This document shows positions 10,051 through 20,696 of a stretch of DNA of 64,000 nucleotides, in pieces. Below the pieces are notes generated by a model. The model did not search any database, had not been told where the DNA came from, and was given only the letters and a program-made list of their open reading frames with translations. The stretch is taken from positions 1,966 through 65,965 of the forward strand of contig CAIJYD010000081.1 in the NCBI GenBank assembly GCA_903824785.1, read 5' to 3'. Position 1 is the stretch's first letter, and every line of letters starts with the position of its first letter. Origin of the DNA: an uncultured Bacteroidota bacterium (GTDB taxonomy: Bacteria > Bacteroidota > Bacteroidia > Bacteroidales > VadinHA17). A program made the translations under genes and the position numbers.

Positions 10051-12267
10051 ATGAAAAAACTACAGACAATCTTAATATTCCTTCTCCTTTCACCTGCCTG
10101 CTTTTCCCAGATTGAAATTGTTAAAGACGGCAAGGCAACAGGCAGGATAATTGCCGATTCAAAATCGGTTACCGACATGCAGGCTGCCACACTTTTAAAC
10201 GACTTCGTTAAAAGGATTACCGGAGCCACCCTGCCGGTAGTTGTCCCGGGAGTGAAACAAAAATCCGGTGATATTATAATTGAAAGTATAAATCTTTCAA
10301 AACCAGTATCCAATACTTCCGGACCTGAGGAAGACGGTTTCAGGCTGACATCCGATGGCTCTCTGTTTTTCATCCGGGGAGGTAAAGGTTCAGGAACAAT
10401 AAACGGTGTTATAACAATACTTGAGAATTATTTTGGGGTTCAGTACTTTGCAGCAAATACCTGTTCATACGAAAAGAGAAGCGATCTGAAACTGCCTGAA
10501 AATCTTAATCATACAGAAAATCCCGGTTTCAGGTACAGGCAAACACAGGCTTACAGCATTGCAAAAGACCCGATGTATAAGACCTGGCATCGACTGGAAG
10601 AACCCGGTGAGATTTTTGCGGCCGGTTACTGGGTACATACATTCGACAGAATTTTACCTTCAAATAAATTTGGCAAAACTCATCCCGAATACTATTCATT
10701 CATTAATGGTGAGCGACGCCCTGGCGCGGCAAGTCAGTGGTGTCTTACCAATGAGGATGTCTTTGAGCTTGCGGCAAAACGTATCGACTCGATATTCAAA
10801 GCAAATCCGGGACAGAAAATGATATCAGTAAGCCAGAACGACGGAAACTTCACAAACTGCACCTGCGATAACTGCAGAAAGATTGATGAAGCTGAAGGTG
10901 CTCCTTCAGGAAGCATAATTTATTTTATGAACAAACTGGCAGCCCGTTTCCCGGATAAGGAATTTTCAACACTGGCATACCTCTATTCGATGATTCCTCC
11001 AAAAAACATCAAACCACTGCCCAATGTGAACATAATGCTGTGTGATATTGACTGTTTCAGAGAAGTCCCCCTTACTGATAATCCATCAGGTCAGCACTTC
11101 CTGAAAAGCCTCGAAGGCTGGTCTAAGATCTCAGATAATATTTTTGTATGGGACTATGGAATTAACTTCGATAATTATGTCTCGCCCTTTCCAAATTTCC
11201 ATATCCTTCAGGCAAATATGAAGCTCTTTAAAAAGAATAATGTTAATATGCATTTCTCACAGATAGCAGGAAGCAAAGGAGGTGATTTTTCTGAACTAAG
11301 GAGTTATGTGGTTGCTAAGCTGCTATGGAATGTAAACTGCAATGTTGACTCGGTTATTCAATCTTTCCTGAAAGGATACTATGGGAAGGCTGCACCATTC
11401 CTTTATCAGTACATGAAAATTGAAGAAGGGGCATTGCTGGGAAGCAATATTCCGCTATGGATTTATGACACTCCTATTACTCATAAGACCGGTATGCTGA
11501 ATCCGAATATGATAAAGAGTTACCGTAAACTGTTTGACGAAGCAGAAACAGCTGTGGCTTCTGACAGTGCTTTCCTTAAACGGGTAATGCAGCAACGTCT
11601 GTCAATTCAGTTTGCGGAACTGGAAATTGCCAGAACGGGAGCTCTTGATGATGTAAAAAAAATAAAAGAAGAGCTGATACTGTTCAGAGAGAGGGCCCGG
11701 CTTCTTGGTGTCACAACTTTGAATGAGAGGAATAATACTATAAGCGAATATTGCGATCTATACCTGAAACGCAATTTGCCAAACCCAAGGATCAGCCTGG
11801 CAAGCAGTGCCTCTGTCAGTTACACATTGGCTCCGAATAAGCCCTATGATAAAATTGCTGGTAAAGCCCTTACCGACGGACTGCTGGGAGGTGCCACGTT
11901 TAATGAAAGCTGGGTAGGATGGGAAAAAAATGACGGAGAGGTTGTTATCGACCTTGGGGAAATTAAAGAGGTTGAATCGGTGGAGGCAGATTTCCTCCAT
12001 AAATTAGGCTCATGGATACTGTTACCCAAAAGCATTACCTGTTACTCTTCCACAGATAATGTCAACTTCAGCCTTATAGGTAAAAAAGAGATTGCTGAAG
12101 ATCGCTCGCCTGAAGTGAAATATGTTACTTATGGAGTCACCGCAAAAGAAAAAATCAAAACCAGATATATTAAAGTGCATGCAGAGAATGTTGGAATCGG
12201 ACCGGCATGGCACTATGGTGTTGGTTACCCTGTATGGCTTTTTATGGATGAAATATGGGTGTATTAA
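10051..12267 (+). CDS. DUF4838 protein: GH20/GH67-like N-domain, TIM-barrel core, C-terminal F5/8-like module
   Basis: Signal peptide from ATG 10051 (MKKLQTILIFLLL); EEDGFRL, HPEYYSFING.R, QWCLTN, SQNDG..CTCDNC, TLAY, VWDY; C-terminal LTDG...VVIDLG...FMDEI. Confidence 0.82.
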   Translation: MKKLQTILIFLLLSPACFSQIEIVKDGKATGRIIADSKSVTDMQAATLLNDFVKRITGATLPVVVPGVKQKSGDIIIESINLSKPVSNTSGPEEDGFRLTSDGSLFFIRGGKGSGTINGVITILENYFGVQYFAANTCSYEKRSDLKLPENLNHTENPGFRYRQTQAYSIAKDPMYKTWHRLEEPGEIFAAGYWVHTFDRILPSNKFGKTHPEYYSFINGERRPGAASQWCLTNEDVFELAAKRIDSIFKANPGQKMISVSQNDGNFTNCTCDNCRKIDEAEGAPSGSIIYFMNKLAARFPDKEFSTLAYLYSMIPPKNIKPLPNVNIMLCDIDCFREVPLTDNPSGQHFLKSLEGWSKISDNIFVWDYGINFDNYVSPFPNFHILQANMKLFKKNNVNMHFSQIAGSKGGDFSELRSYVVAKLLWNVNCNVDSVIQSFLKGYYGKAAPFLYQYMKIEEGALLGSNIPLWIYDTPITHKTGMLNPNMIKSYRKLFDEAETAVASDSAFLKRVMQQRLSIQFAELEIARTGALDDVKKIKEELILFRERARLLGVTTLNERNNTISEYCDLYLKRNLPNPRISLASSASVSYTLAPNKPYDKIAGKALTDGLLGGATFNESWVGWEKNDGEVVIDLGEIKEVESVEADFLHKLGSWILLPKSITCYSSTDNVNFSLIGKKEIAEDRSPEVKYVTYGVTAKEKIKTRYIKVHAENVGIGPAWHYGVGYPVWLFMDEIWVY

Positions 12268-13511
12268 AGAAGATTCAGATCCCGTATAAATGGGAACTTC
12301 TGGTTTTGTTATGGTTTGCCTTTTTTCTTAATCTGGCTGATCGCCAGATCTTCAATATTGTTCTCCCTTCCATTCGTGACGATCTGAATTTGTCAGATGC
12401 CAACATGGGATTAATATCAACTATCTTCCTGATTATTTACGGGTTATTGGTTCCGCTGGGAGGGATACTTGGAGACAGGATAAATAAAAAATATATCCTT
12501 ATCTTCAGTCTGCTTATCTGGAGTACCGCAACAGTTGGCACTGGTTTATGTTTTTCTCTTATTCAGCTCATATTCCTGAGAAGCATAGCATTAGGCGGAA
12601 GTGAAGCTTTTTATAATCCTACTGCCAGTTCGCTGATAACCGAATTTCACCGGAATACCAGGGCAACAGCCTTAGCAATACATCAGACAGCTTTATACGC
12701 AGGTATCGTCGGAAGCAGTGTTCTTACAGGCTACATTGCTGATTTATTGGGATGGAGGATGGCTTTCTACATTTTTGGTACATCGGGTATTTTACTGGCA
12801 ATAATTCTATATTTCAGGCTTGTAAAATCCTCGCCGACCGCCGGAGTACAAATCGTTTCAGATAACAGGAAAAGTATCAGAGAAGTGCTGAAGATGTTTT
12901 TTACAAAGCCAACAGCAGTACTATTAACACTGGCTTTTGCCGGAATGCAATTTGCAGGAGTTGGTTTTCTGACCTGGATGCCCACCTTTTTACACGAAAA
13001 TTTTGGTTTCTCACTTGCCAGATCCGGCTTTGATTCAACATTTTATCATCATGCCGCGGCATTTATCGGTGTTCTTGCAGGTGCAAGAATTGCTGATAAA
13101 CTTGCACAGAAATACATCAGAGTACGACCTATTGTTCAGATGATGGGACTGTTGGCAGCAATACCATTTATTATCCTGATTGGTAAAAGCGATTCAATAA
13201 TAGTTATTTATGTCGCCCTGGCAATCTTTGGATTCAGCCGTGGAATCTATGACTCAAATCTGCTGGCAGCTCTTTATGATGTTATCGAGATTCCTTACAG
13301 GGCAACTGCTACAGGTTTATTGCTGATGGGTGGGTTTATTGTCGGAGCCGCCTCTCCTTATATTCTTGGGGTGCTTAAACCGGCATTTGGCTTGGCCAAT
13401 GGACTTGCATTTTTATCAGTCGGCTTTATGTTCGCCTCATTATGCATTGCGATTGCAGTAATATTCTTCTATAAAAAAGATAATATCAATAATTTGGTAA
13501 TCAATAAATAA
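12255..13511 (+). CDS. MFS transporter (spinster/ACS-like)
   Basis: LN.ADRQ, G.LGDR, R...G.SEAFY.P, RATA motifs; about 12 TM helices; overlaps the upstream stop. Confidence 0.9.
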   Translation: MGVLKKIQIPYKWELLVLLWFAFFLNLADRQIFNIVLPSIRDDLNLSDANMGLISTIFLIIYGLLVPLGGILGDRINKKYILIFSLLIWSTATVGTGLCFSLIQLIFLRSIALGGSEAFYNPTASSLITEFHRNTRATALAIHQTALYAGIVGSSVLTGYIADLLGWRMAFYIFGTSGILLAIILYFRLVKSSPTAGVQIVSDNRKSIREVLKMFFTKPTAVLLTLAFAGMQFAGVGFLTWMPTFLHENFGFSLARSGFDSTFYHHAAAFIGVLAGARIADKLAQKYIRVRPIVQMMGLLAAIPFIILIGKSDSIIVIYVALAIFGFSRGIYDSNLLAALYDVIEIPYRATATGLLLMGGFIVGAASPYILGVLKPAFGLANGLAFLSVGFMFASLCIAIAVIFFYKKDNINNLVINK

Positions 13512-13512
13512 T

Positions 13513-14580
13513 ATGGATACTTTGAATTCCAAAGAAAGAGTTCTTGCTGCCATAAGGCATGAAGAAACAATTCGTATTCCCATCACTTTTGATGCCGACC
13601 CAGAAGTATATAAAGTGCTGCATAGTCATCTTGGTCTGGTTACCAAGGAGGAGCTTTTCGACAAACTTCATGTCGATACATGGATGATACTGCCGGGTAA
13701 CTTCAAATATCCGCGGGAAGAGGAGAACAAAAAGGAGAAGACAACAATCTGGGGATTCAAAACTGTTGTCACCGAGTATTCGGGTGGCACCTACGATGAG
13801 ATCTGCTTAAATCCACTTGCCGGAAAGGATGAGATCTCAGATATAAAAGCATACAAATGGCCTTCACCTGACATTCTTGATTTTTCGCATTTTCCGAAAG
13901 AAGCCAGCCGTCATTCAGACAGGGCAATAATAGGAGTTTTTACCTGGGGATCATATTTCATTGCCTCTTTTGTAAGGGGACTGGAAAACCTTATGATGGA
14001 TTTTGCCATAAGAAGAGATTATGTTGACTACCTTTTCAAAACTATCAGTGAGATCTCAGGTGCGGCTCTGACAAAGATGCTGGAATCGTACGGAGATGGG
14101 ATAGATATAGTTTACATGGCGGATGACTATTGTTCGCAGGATGCCCCGCTGTTTAGTCCAGATGACTTTAAAGAATTTGTTGTCCCTTATCTGACTCATC
14201 TGGTTGACATAACTCACAAACATAATAAGAAGTTTCTGTTGCATGTATGTGGTGCCGTAAGGCCCTTGCTGCCAATGATAATTGATGCAGGGGTAGATAT
14301 GCTGGAACCAATACAGATCCGTGCTGCAGGTATGGATCCGGCGGGATTGAAAAAAGATTTTGGCAGGGATATCTGTTTTTACGGAGGCGTTGACCTCCAG
14401 CAGATCATGTGCAAAGGAACACCGCTACAGGTTGCTGATGAGGTTAAGAGACTTATCGACATCCTTGGCCGCGATGGCGGTTTTATCCTTGGTCCCGGAC
14501 ATACATATATCCAGATTGACAGTCCTGTTGCAAATATCCTGTCAATGTATGATACTGCATTTTCGTACAGGAGGAAGTAG
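13513..14580 (+). CDS. Uroporphyrinogen decarboxylase/MtaA-CmuA (URO-D/CIMS) family protein
   Basis: SKERVLAAI...RIP, RGLENLMMD, ADDY, LHVCG, LKKDFG..ICFYGGVD, GGFILGPGH; no HemE RQAGR motif. Confidence 0.88.
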   Translation: MDTLNSKERVLAAIRHEETIRIPITFDADPEVYKVLHSHLGLVTKEELFDKLHVDTWMILPGNFKYPREEENKKEKTTIWGFKTVVTEYSGGTYDEICLNPLAGKDEISDIKAYKWPSPDILDFSHFPKEASRHSDRAIIGVFTWGSYFIASFVRGLENLMMDFAIRRDYVDYLFKTISEISGAALTKMLESYGDGIDIVYMADDYCSQDAPLFSPDDFKEFVVPYLTHLVDITHKHNKKFLLHVCGAVRPLLPMIIDAGVDMLEPIQIRAAGMDPAGLKKDFGRDICFYGGVDLQQIMCKGTPLQVADEVKRLIDILGRDGGFILGPGHTYIQIDSPVANILSMYDTAFSYRRK

Positions 14581-14735
14581 ACATCAGGAACATCTCCTTC
14601 CCCATTAAAACATGAATTAAGACCAGGCGATATTCCTCCTGCAATAATCGCACTCTGCCCTATAAATTTTCTTCTGTCAAGAGTGGCAATAATTATACTT
14701 TTTTGAGAATATTGAATAATACGAATCGTTTTTTA

Positions 14736-16178
14736 TCAGTTGGATTTAACCAGTTTTAATGCCACGTCTGTGATATAAGGCGGCGAAGTGATAGTTGTCC
14801 ATCCTCCCGGATGTTTATTTAAGGAAGAAACAGTCTCTGCGGCTCCCTTTGTATCTATCCATTTAAGGGTATAAGTACCTGCCTGCAAATTTACAACTAA
14901 ATGTGAAACGACACTTGAAGTATCTTTCCTGGAAAGGTAAAACGCCATTACTTTACTCTCCTCAATTAGTCCGTAAACGGATGTATTTTCCTCATCTTTC
15001 AACCTGACTGTTTCATCTCCTGCAGGCTTCATATTGATATAACTGAGCGATTGCATGAACTCGGCAAGTATTTTAAACTGGTTGCGAAGGATTTTTCCTC
15101 CCCCTCCGGGCTGTCCGGGGTCTATTTTAAAACTGCCATCTTCATTATCCGCTGTAAAAGAGTAATCGAGATGATTGAACAACCCGCCGCCGGCCATAAT
15201 GAAATTCCAGGCTTCGGTACGGTATGTTGCATCGCCTGTCCCGTTAAAACCTGTTTCATTATCACCAACAACACTATTAAGATGCCGGTTCATAGCCACC
15301 GTAACCGGCGGTTTCGCATAATGGAAATTATATATTGAAACACCCTGACGCAGGTCCGGAACCTTCCTGAAACCGTTAGCAACATTATTGGAAATAAGGT
15401 GTTTGGCGGGAAAATCCTTCCCGGCAGCCACCACAATTCGCGTCATCTGATCTTCCCATTCCCTCAGGGCCAGAGTATCTCCGAAATATGGTTCATTACA
15501 GACCTCATAATAGAGATTATCAAAGTCTTTCAGTTCAGAAATTATTTTCCTGACCATCTTTTCCTGAATATCCAGGATCTCCGGATGTCTTAGTGTAAGT
15601 ATCTCCTTGTGGTCTTTAATGTTACCGATGCCGTTAACATTATTTATTATATTCAACGGAGACAATTTCCACTGAATGGTATCATAAAAATTTGAAAAAA
15701 GATCGAGTTCAACGATAACATCTCTTTTGCCTGCTTCAGTTATAAAATCTTTTAATCTTGAGAAATAGGCTGTATCCCATACCGAAAGGTCAAATTTATT
15801 ACCTCCGTTGGAATATCCCGGTTCGCTGCTTCTTGCCCAGGGACAAATATATCGCTGAGGTGCCGGTGCCAGAGTGTTTTTTCTGATCCCGAACGCCCCC
15901 ACCGGTTCCACATATACTCCTGAAAAAGTACGGGTTACATTAAGTCCTGATGCAGCAACCTCGTTCAGGTAAGTCACATAATCAAAATCGAGATTCATAA
16001 CAGCACCGTAATGCTCCGTAGAGCCAATCAGAATTGCCGGCTTTCCCCGGAAAAGAAAATAGTTCGGGTTTTGCGGGTGAAGGGATAGAGGTAGCTGAGG
16101 TCCGGTGCTCTTTCCGCAGGAAATTACCAGGAAGAGAACAAGAACAATACTGAGTAGCTTAACCGGTCTGTGGATCAT
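14736..16178 (-). CDS. Clan GH-A (GH5-like/DUF4038-like) glycoside hydrolase lipoprotein
   Basis: Lipobox VISC; HPQNPNYFLFRGKP, KFDL..W...YF.RL, YEVCNEP (acid/base), DNETGF (nucleophile-like), C-terminal Y.LKWID domain. Confidence 0.7.
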   Translation of the reverse strand: MIHRPVKLLSIVLVLFLVISCGKSTGPQLPLSLHPQNPNYFLFRGKPAILIGSTEHYGAVMNLDFDYVTYLNEVAASGLNVTRTFSGVYVEPVGAFGIRKNTLAPAPQRYICPWARSSEPGYSNGGNKFDLSVWDTAYFSRLKDFITEAGKRDVIVELDLFSNFYDTIQWKLSPLNIINNVNGIGNIKDHKEILTLRHPEILDIQEKMVRKIISELKDFDNLYYEVCNEPYFGDTLALREWEDQMTRIVVAAGKDFPAKHLISNNVANGFRKVPDLRQGVSIYNFHYAKPPVTVAMNRHLNSVVGDNETGFNGTGDATYRTEAWNFIMAGGGLFNHLDYSFTADNEDGSFKIDPGQPGGGGKILRNQFKILAEFMQSLSYINMKPAGDETVRLKDEENTSVYGLIEESKVMAFYLSRKDTSSVVSHLVVNLQAGTYTLKWIDTKGAAETVSSLNKHPGGWTTITSPPYITDVALKLVKSN

Positions 16179-16224
16179 TTTTTCTATTTATTGACTTTTA
16201 ATTTTTATACTAATGCAAGTTTCT

Positions 16225-19200
16225 TCATTCCCGTTCACGAAGATAGAAAAGCCAACCTTTTCCGGGTTCAACGGGTATCGGATCACCGGAGTTAAAAACT
16301 GCTTTATGCTGAAAATCTTTTATTTCGGGAGCTATTAGTATTGCTTTCCCTGCATCCATTCCAAGAGCCTTCCAGTCAAACTGAAAAGAGAAATCCACCG
16401 GTTTTTCAGCCCAGCTTGCAACAGAGATGAGGGAATTTTTCTCCTTCTGATATATTGTTGCATGAATATCCTTATTGTTTGTACTTAAAGGACAATTTTT
16501 ATCCCAGTATCCTTTCATTGCTGACGATTCAATACCGAATTCGTCCCATATTTTCCAGACAGGCCGGGGGTCGCAAAGCACACCTTCAGTTGTCCACGGA
16601 TGCCTAACAGTCATTCCATAAACCATGCCCCTCCATCGGTTTCCTCCACCCTGAAGCATGTCGCCCATTAACCCGAAAGGGATACCAGACACCTCAACAA
16701 ACCAGTTTTCAGGCGGCATTTTATCGTACTGGAAACTCTCGCCGAACCATATTTTATCGATAAAAGGAAAATACTCTGCATATTGGTTGGCAGGGCCTTT
16801 TGAAAATCCAGTATTGGAATGAAGGTCGAGCAGGCAGCCGGGTTTTTCGCTGTCAAGCACTTTTCTTATCCGCTTCACTGTTCGCCTGTCGTATGTCACA
16901 TCATCGAGATAGAGTCCGTCAATGTCAACATTCTTTACCAGCCATCGGAGCCCTTCGATGTAATAGTTGTACCAGCGGGAATCACCCGGGGCATTAACTA
17001 TGGATGCATCAGCACTTTTATCGGGAAAGTGCTGGTACCATTGCGGATGGTAACCGTCGATCAGGTGCTCGCGCAACCATGGGAACCCACCACCGTTTCC
17101 GTTGCCGAGTATCTCATCGCCAAGGCTTCGCAGTGCCCATATCTCTGTAGTATAGTTTGTAAGCTCTCGGATGGTATAATAAATTTTCACCTTTTGTCCT
17201 TTATCATGCATCCTCTTTACAAACCATTTCATTGAGTCAACTGCAATAAAAGGATAGTTGATATGAGGGTTGTAATTGTTGGCATGGTGCAGGTTAACTA
17301 TCTTTACACCGCAAGAGAGGTCGGCATCAGAAGGCATTGGGTTTCCTCCGTTATGGTAATACCTGTCGGTAAACTGACTGCGATAGTTTATTTTCTTTAC
17401 CGGAGTAATAAGCATGGACCATTCGAAATCAATTTTATCACCTGATTTCATCTCCCTCTTTCCGGAGAAAGCCACAGCTTTTGTTTCGCCACTCTCTTTC
17501 TCAATACTGAAGCCCCCATTGTCATTATTGAACCATGAGGGCGGAGGAGCCGGCTGATAAAGATTCATCAGCGGACCATTATAAGTGCCTCCTCTCAGTT
17601 CACACCAGATACCCGCATCGCCATTGCCAACCCAGAAACTGTCGTAGGGACCTTTCCATTTTGACCGGTGCGACTCAGGTACAACGGTGCCGGGTAAACC
17701 CATACCCACCATATATTGGGCTATTCCACCTGAAAATGGTATTTCGAGTCTAATATCTTTCAGGTTAATATCAGAAAGAGCCCTGATTTGTATTTTATAG
17801 TTGATAAAACCGTCTGATTCAATAATCCCAACTCCATTGATTTCCATCTTCTCTGAATGGCTTTTCCAGGCTCCGCTCAATGCACCCGGTTCATTTTTCA
17901 ATAAGGTTACATCCTCAGGAAGCGAAAACTGTTCAATCCCGGATTCAGATTCTACAACAAAAGAGAGAGGACGTGCCAGGATCTCATTGCCCGAGACCTG
18001 AATTGAACCAGGCATTCCTCCGGCATCCATTACCAGCTTTTTATCAGTAAGCCGGTAAATGTTATTACCCATAAATTCAATAGCTTCATAAGGGCTGGTT
18101 GGGTTATCGTCAATACCCAAAGTTGAATTCAGCCAGCGAAGACGGGAGTGGCGCCAGGGTTCTCCATCGCCACGGTCAGCTAAAACCCTGTCAGCTATTT
18201 TCAGGATAACCTCTACCATCTGCGGGTTGCCATTTTCAGGCTTTACAGTAACAACTCCCCTGTAGCTTCCTGAAGGGATCTTTTCAGGGATATCTATTCC
18301 GATCCAGAGAGGCTGAACCGCCCCTTTTACAATATCTACCCTTTTTTCGAAAGGTTGTCCGTAAGGCCCTGTTCCACCTGTGTTAAAACAGGTAAGAGAA
18401 AAGGCAGGTATTACGGAACCTTTACCTTTGAGATCCGAAAATTCGACTTTCACGTTTTCCAGACTTTTCTTCGCGGCGTAAACCCCGATCTGAAAAGCAA
18501 AATATTCGTTCTTCATCGCTTCGCAGTTAAAGAGAGCCGACGGACCTTTTTCAACCCACCTCAGAGGTATTTCATCTTTCATCCTGACAGGAAAAATCCT
18601 CTCTTCCGGGAAAATGAGGTAGTCGTTTTTAAATTTCGACAGAAAAACCTTTTTCTCTGAAGAGAGAGGTATAACTTCCATCGGATAAAAAGAGTCAAAA
18701 GCCGAGCGTGATTGAAATCCTTTCAGCTTTGCCACAAAATAACTGCTGAATTTCGAAGCATTTCCCATCTGGTTCCTGTTTACCCATGTCCCGGATGGAG
18801 ATTTTTCAGGTTTAAGATAATCCTTACCATAAAACCCCCAATCCTCCTGAACTTCAAAAGGAAGGTAATAGAAATAGTAGGTTCCGGCCTTTTTAACCGG
18901 ACCGATAGCTAACCGGCATCTTTCATTGTTAACAGAATAACGGTAAATATTCTGAATGGTGTCTCCGGTTGCTGCCTCCACAATTATAAACCTTTTATTT
19001 TCAGGATTTTTATCATGCCTCCGCCATAAAAGGTCAACAATAGCAATATCAGTTGCTTTTGAAATTTCGAGTACTGCTCGGTGGTTTCCGAAAGATTCCG
19101 GCCATAGAGATAGAGGAACAGAGTAATCCGGACTTGTAGTGCTTTTGCAATAACCAGTTACAGTTATCCAAAAGAAAAGAAAGGAATATAATATTTTCAT
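16225..19200 (-). CDS. DUF6067 (GH123-like) putative glycoside hydrolase
   Basis: NEYFAFQIG, VQPLWIGIDIP, RLRWLNS, NLHHA...INYPF, DGLYLDD, VSGIPFG.MG.ML.GGGN.WRGMVYG. Confidence 0.8.
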   Translation of the reverse strand: MKILYSFLFFWITVTGYCKSTTSPDYSVPLSLWPESFGNHRAVLEISKATDIAIVDLLWRRHDKNPENKRFIIVEAATGDTIQNIYRYSVNNERCRLAIGPVKKAGTYYFYYLPFEVQEDWGFYGKDYLKPEKSPSGTWVNRNQMGNASKFSSYFVAKLKGFQSRSAFDSFYPMEVIPLSSEKKVFLSKFKNDYLIFPEERIFPVRMKDEIPLRWVEKGPSALFNCEAMKNEYFAFQIGVYAAKKSLENVKVEFSDLKGKGSVIPAFSLTCFNTGGTGPYGQPFEKRVDIVKGAVQPLWIGIDIPEKIPSGSYRGVVTVKPENGNPQMVEVILKIADRVLADRGDGEPWRHSRLRWLNSTLGIDDNPTSPYEAIEFMGNNIYRLTDKKLVMDAGGMPGSIQVSGNEILARPLSFVVESESGIEQFSLPEDVTLLKNEPGALSGAWKSHSEKMEINGVGIIESDGFINYKIQIRALSDINLKDIRLEIPFSGGIAQYMVGMGLPGTVVPESHRSKWKGPYDSFWVGNGDAGIWCELRGGTYNGPLMNLYQPAPPPSWFNNDNGGFSIEKESGETKAVAFSGKREMKSGDKIDFEWSMLITPVKKINYRSQFTDRYYHNGGNPMPSDADLSCGVKIVNLHHANNYNPHINYPFIAVDSMKWFVKRMHDKGQKVKIYYTIRELTNYTTEIWALRSLGDEILGNGNGGGFPWLREHLIDGYHPQWYQHFPDKSADASIVNAPGDSRWYNYYIEGLRWLVKNVDIDGLYLDDVTYDRRTVKRIRKVLDSEKPGCLLDLHSNTGFSKGPANQYAEYFPFIDKIWFGESFQYDKMPPENWFVEVSGIPFGLMGDMLQGGGNRWRGMVYGMTVRHPWTTEGVLCDPRPVWKIWDEFGIESSAMKGYWDKNCPLSTNNKDIHATIYQKEKNSLISVASWAEKPVDFSFQFDWKALGMDAGKAILIAPEIKDFQHKAVFNSGDPIPVEPGKGWLFYLRERE

Positions 19201-19308
19201 CAGTCTGATTTTTCAACTTTAAAAATACAACTTTCCGGATGAAAAACAGAGTACATAATTTTTTAGTAATTGAATATTCTATGATTAATTTAAATAAACC
19301 AGTTTTAT

Positions 19309-20628
19309 TCAGAAACAAAGATCAATGAACTTATGAGTGTAGTCAACCATAAAGAGTGGAAGATTTATAAAACCCTGATCTTTATGAATGTTACGCAATG
19401 AAAATCGCAGGCTAAGATCAGGTGCAAAATGTTTTCGATAAATTGAAAGGCTCCTGCTTTTTATATTTTCATCTGATTTCACTTCAATAGGAATGATTCG
19501 ATTCTGGTATTGGACAAGAAAATCCACCTCCGCCATATTACCTGAACGCCAGTAGCGTGGGGATACCTCAAATTGCCTGAGTAGCCCAGTCAGAATATAA
19601 TTTTCAGCCAGTGCTCCTTTGAACTCTGTTAAAAGGAGATTACTCTCTCCATACATCATTGGATCCAGATGAGATAATCTTCTGAGCAACCCAACATCCT
19701 GCATATAAACCTTGAAAGAAGTTAAGTCGTCATAAGCTGAAAGCGGAATGGCAGGTTTATCCGTAGCATATATTTTGCTGACAAGGCCTGCATTTACAAG
19801 CCAGTTAAGGGCATCCTCATACTCTCTTGCACGAGCACCGGTTTTTATGGTCTGGTAAATAAATTTTTTATTCTCCTTTGCTAATTGCGAAGGCAATGAG
19901 GCCCAAATATGAAAGATTTTCTGGATGTCTTTATTCTCTGCATGTTTTGAAAAATCAAGATTATAAGCGTTCAGAATACTTTGCAATACTGTTTGTGTTC
20001 TCCCGGTATCACGTTGTCCAAGAAGTGCAATAACGGCTTCAGGCATACCTCCTGAAATAAAATACATTTTCAGTTTTTCTTTTAAAGGCACGAAAAATAT
20101 ATCGGGTATTGCCTCTAATTTTTCGAGTTGATCAATGTAAGAGAATAAGGCAGGATCGGCTATTGCAAGAAATTCCGAGAAGGAGAGAGGATACATATTC
20201 AGAAAGTCAACTTTGCCTACAGGAAAGGATGCGCCTCTGGCCATAGTAACTCCAAGCAAGGAGCCCGCACAGGCAATTTTGTATTCAGGTAGATCTTCAG
20301 CAAAATACTTCAGAGCATTAAGTGCATCTGTACACTCCTGTATCTCATCGAAGATAATCAATGTATGCTTTGGATCAATGGGCTTTGTATTTACCATTGC
20401 CAGATTAATGATAATTTCATGAGGGTCTTTGGAATGGGAAAAAAATTGTTTTAATGCAGGCTGTTTCTCAAAATTGAAATAGGCTACATTTTTAAAATAT
20501 AGTTGGCCAAATTTTTTTAGTACCCATGTTTTTCCCACCTGTCTGGCACCCTGCAGGATAAGTGGTTTGCTGCAGGAGTTTTGATTCCATTCAGCCAATT
20601 GGGATAAAATGTTTCGGTTTATTTGCAT
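19309..20628 (-). CDS. AAA_14 ATPase with C-terminal DUF4143 (PD-(D/E)xK-like) domain
   Basis: Walker A GARQVGKT, Walker B IIFDEIQ, FPVGKV, GGMPE, EVDFLV...PIEVKS. Confidence 0.92.
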   Translation of the reverse strand: MQINRNILSQLAEWNQNSCSKPLILQGARQVGKTWVLKKFGQLYFKNVAYFNFEKQPALKQFFSHSKDPHEIIINLAMVNTKPIDPKHTLIIFDEIQECTDALNALKYFAEDLPEYKIACAGSLLGVTMARGASFPVGKVDFLNMYPLSFSEFLAIADPALFSYIDQLEKLEAIPDIFFVPLKEKLKMYFISGGMPEAVIALLGQRDTGRTQTVLQSILNAYNLDFSKHAENKDIQKIFHIWASLPSQLAKENKKFIYQTIKTGARAREYEDALNWLVNAGLVSKIYATDKPAIPLSAYDDLTSFKVYMQDVGLLRRLSHLDPMMYGESNLLLTEFKGALAENYILTGLLRQFEVSPRYWRSGNMAEVDFLVQYQNRIIPIEVKSDENIKSRSLSIYRKHFAPDLSLRFSLRNIHKDQGFINLPLFMVDYTHKFIDLCF

Positions 20629-20688
20629 TAATCACACTTTAAGTGCCTTTTTTGTGATATACTTCACATAATTGGTATTTATTACAGG

Positions 20689-20696
20689 CAAAGTTA
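20689..20696 (-). promoter_or_regulatory. Bacteroidota -7 box (TAACTTTG) for the AAA ATPase
   Basis: Exact TAnnTTTG match about 60 nt upstream of the start at 20628. Confidence 0.5.

Noticed and set aside
9861-10373. 170-aa minus ORF and the TTG start at 9997 for DUF4838
   Set aside because: Mostly antisense to DUF4838; ATG 10051 gives a clean signal peptide
13513-14580. Calling the URO-D proteins hemE (heme biosynthesis)
   Set aside because: No RQAGR motif, five divergent copies, no other tetrapyrrole genes, sugar context
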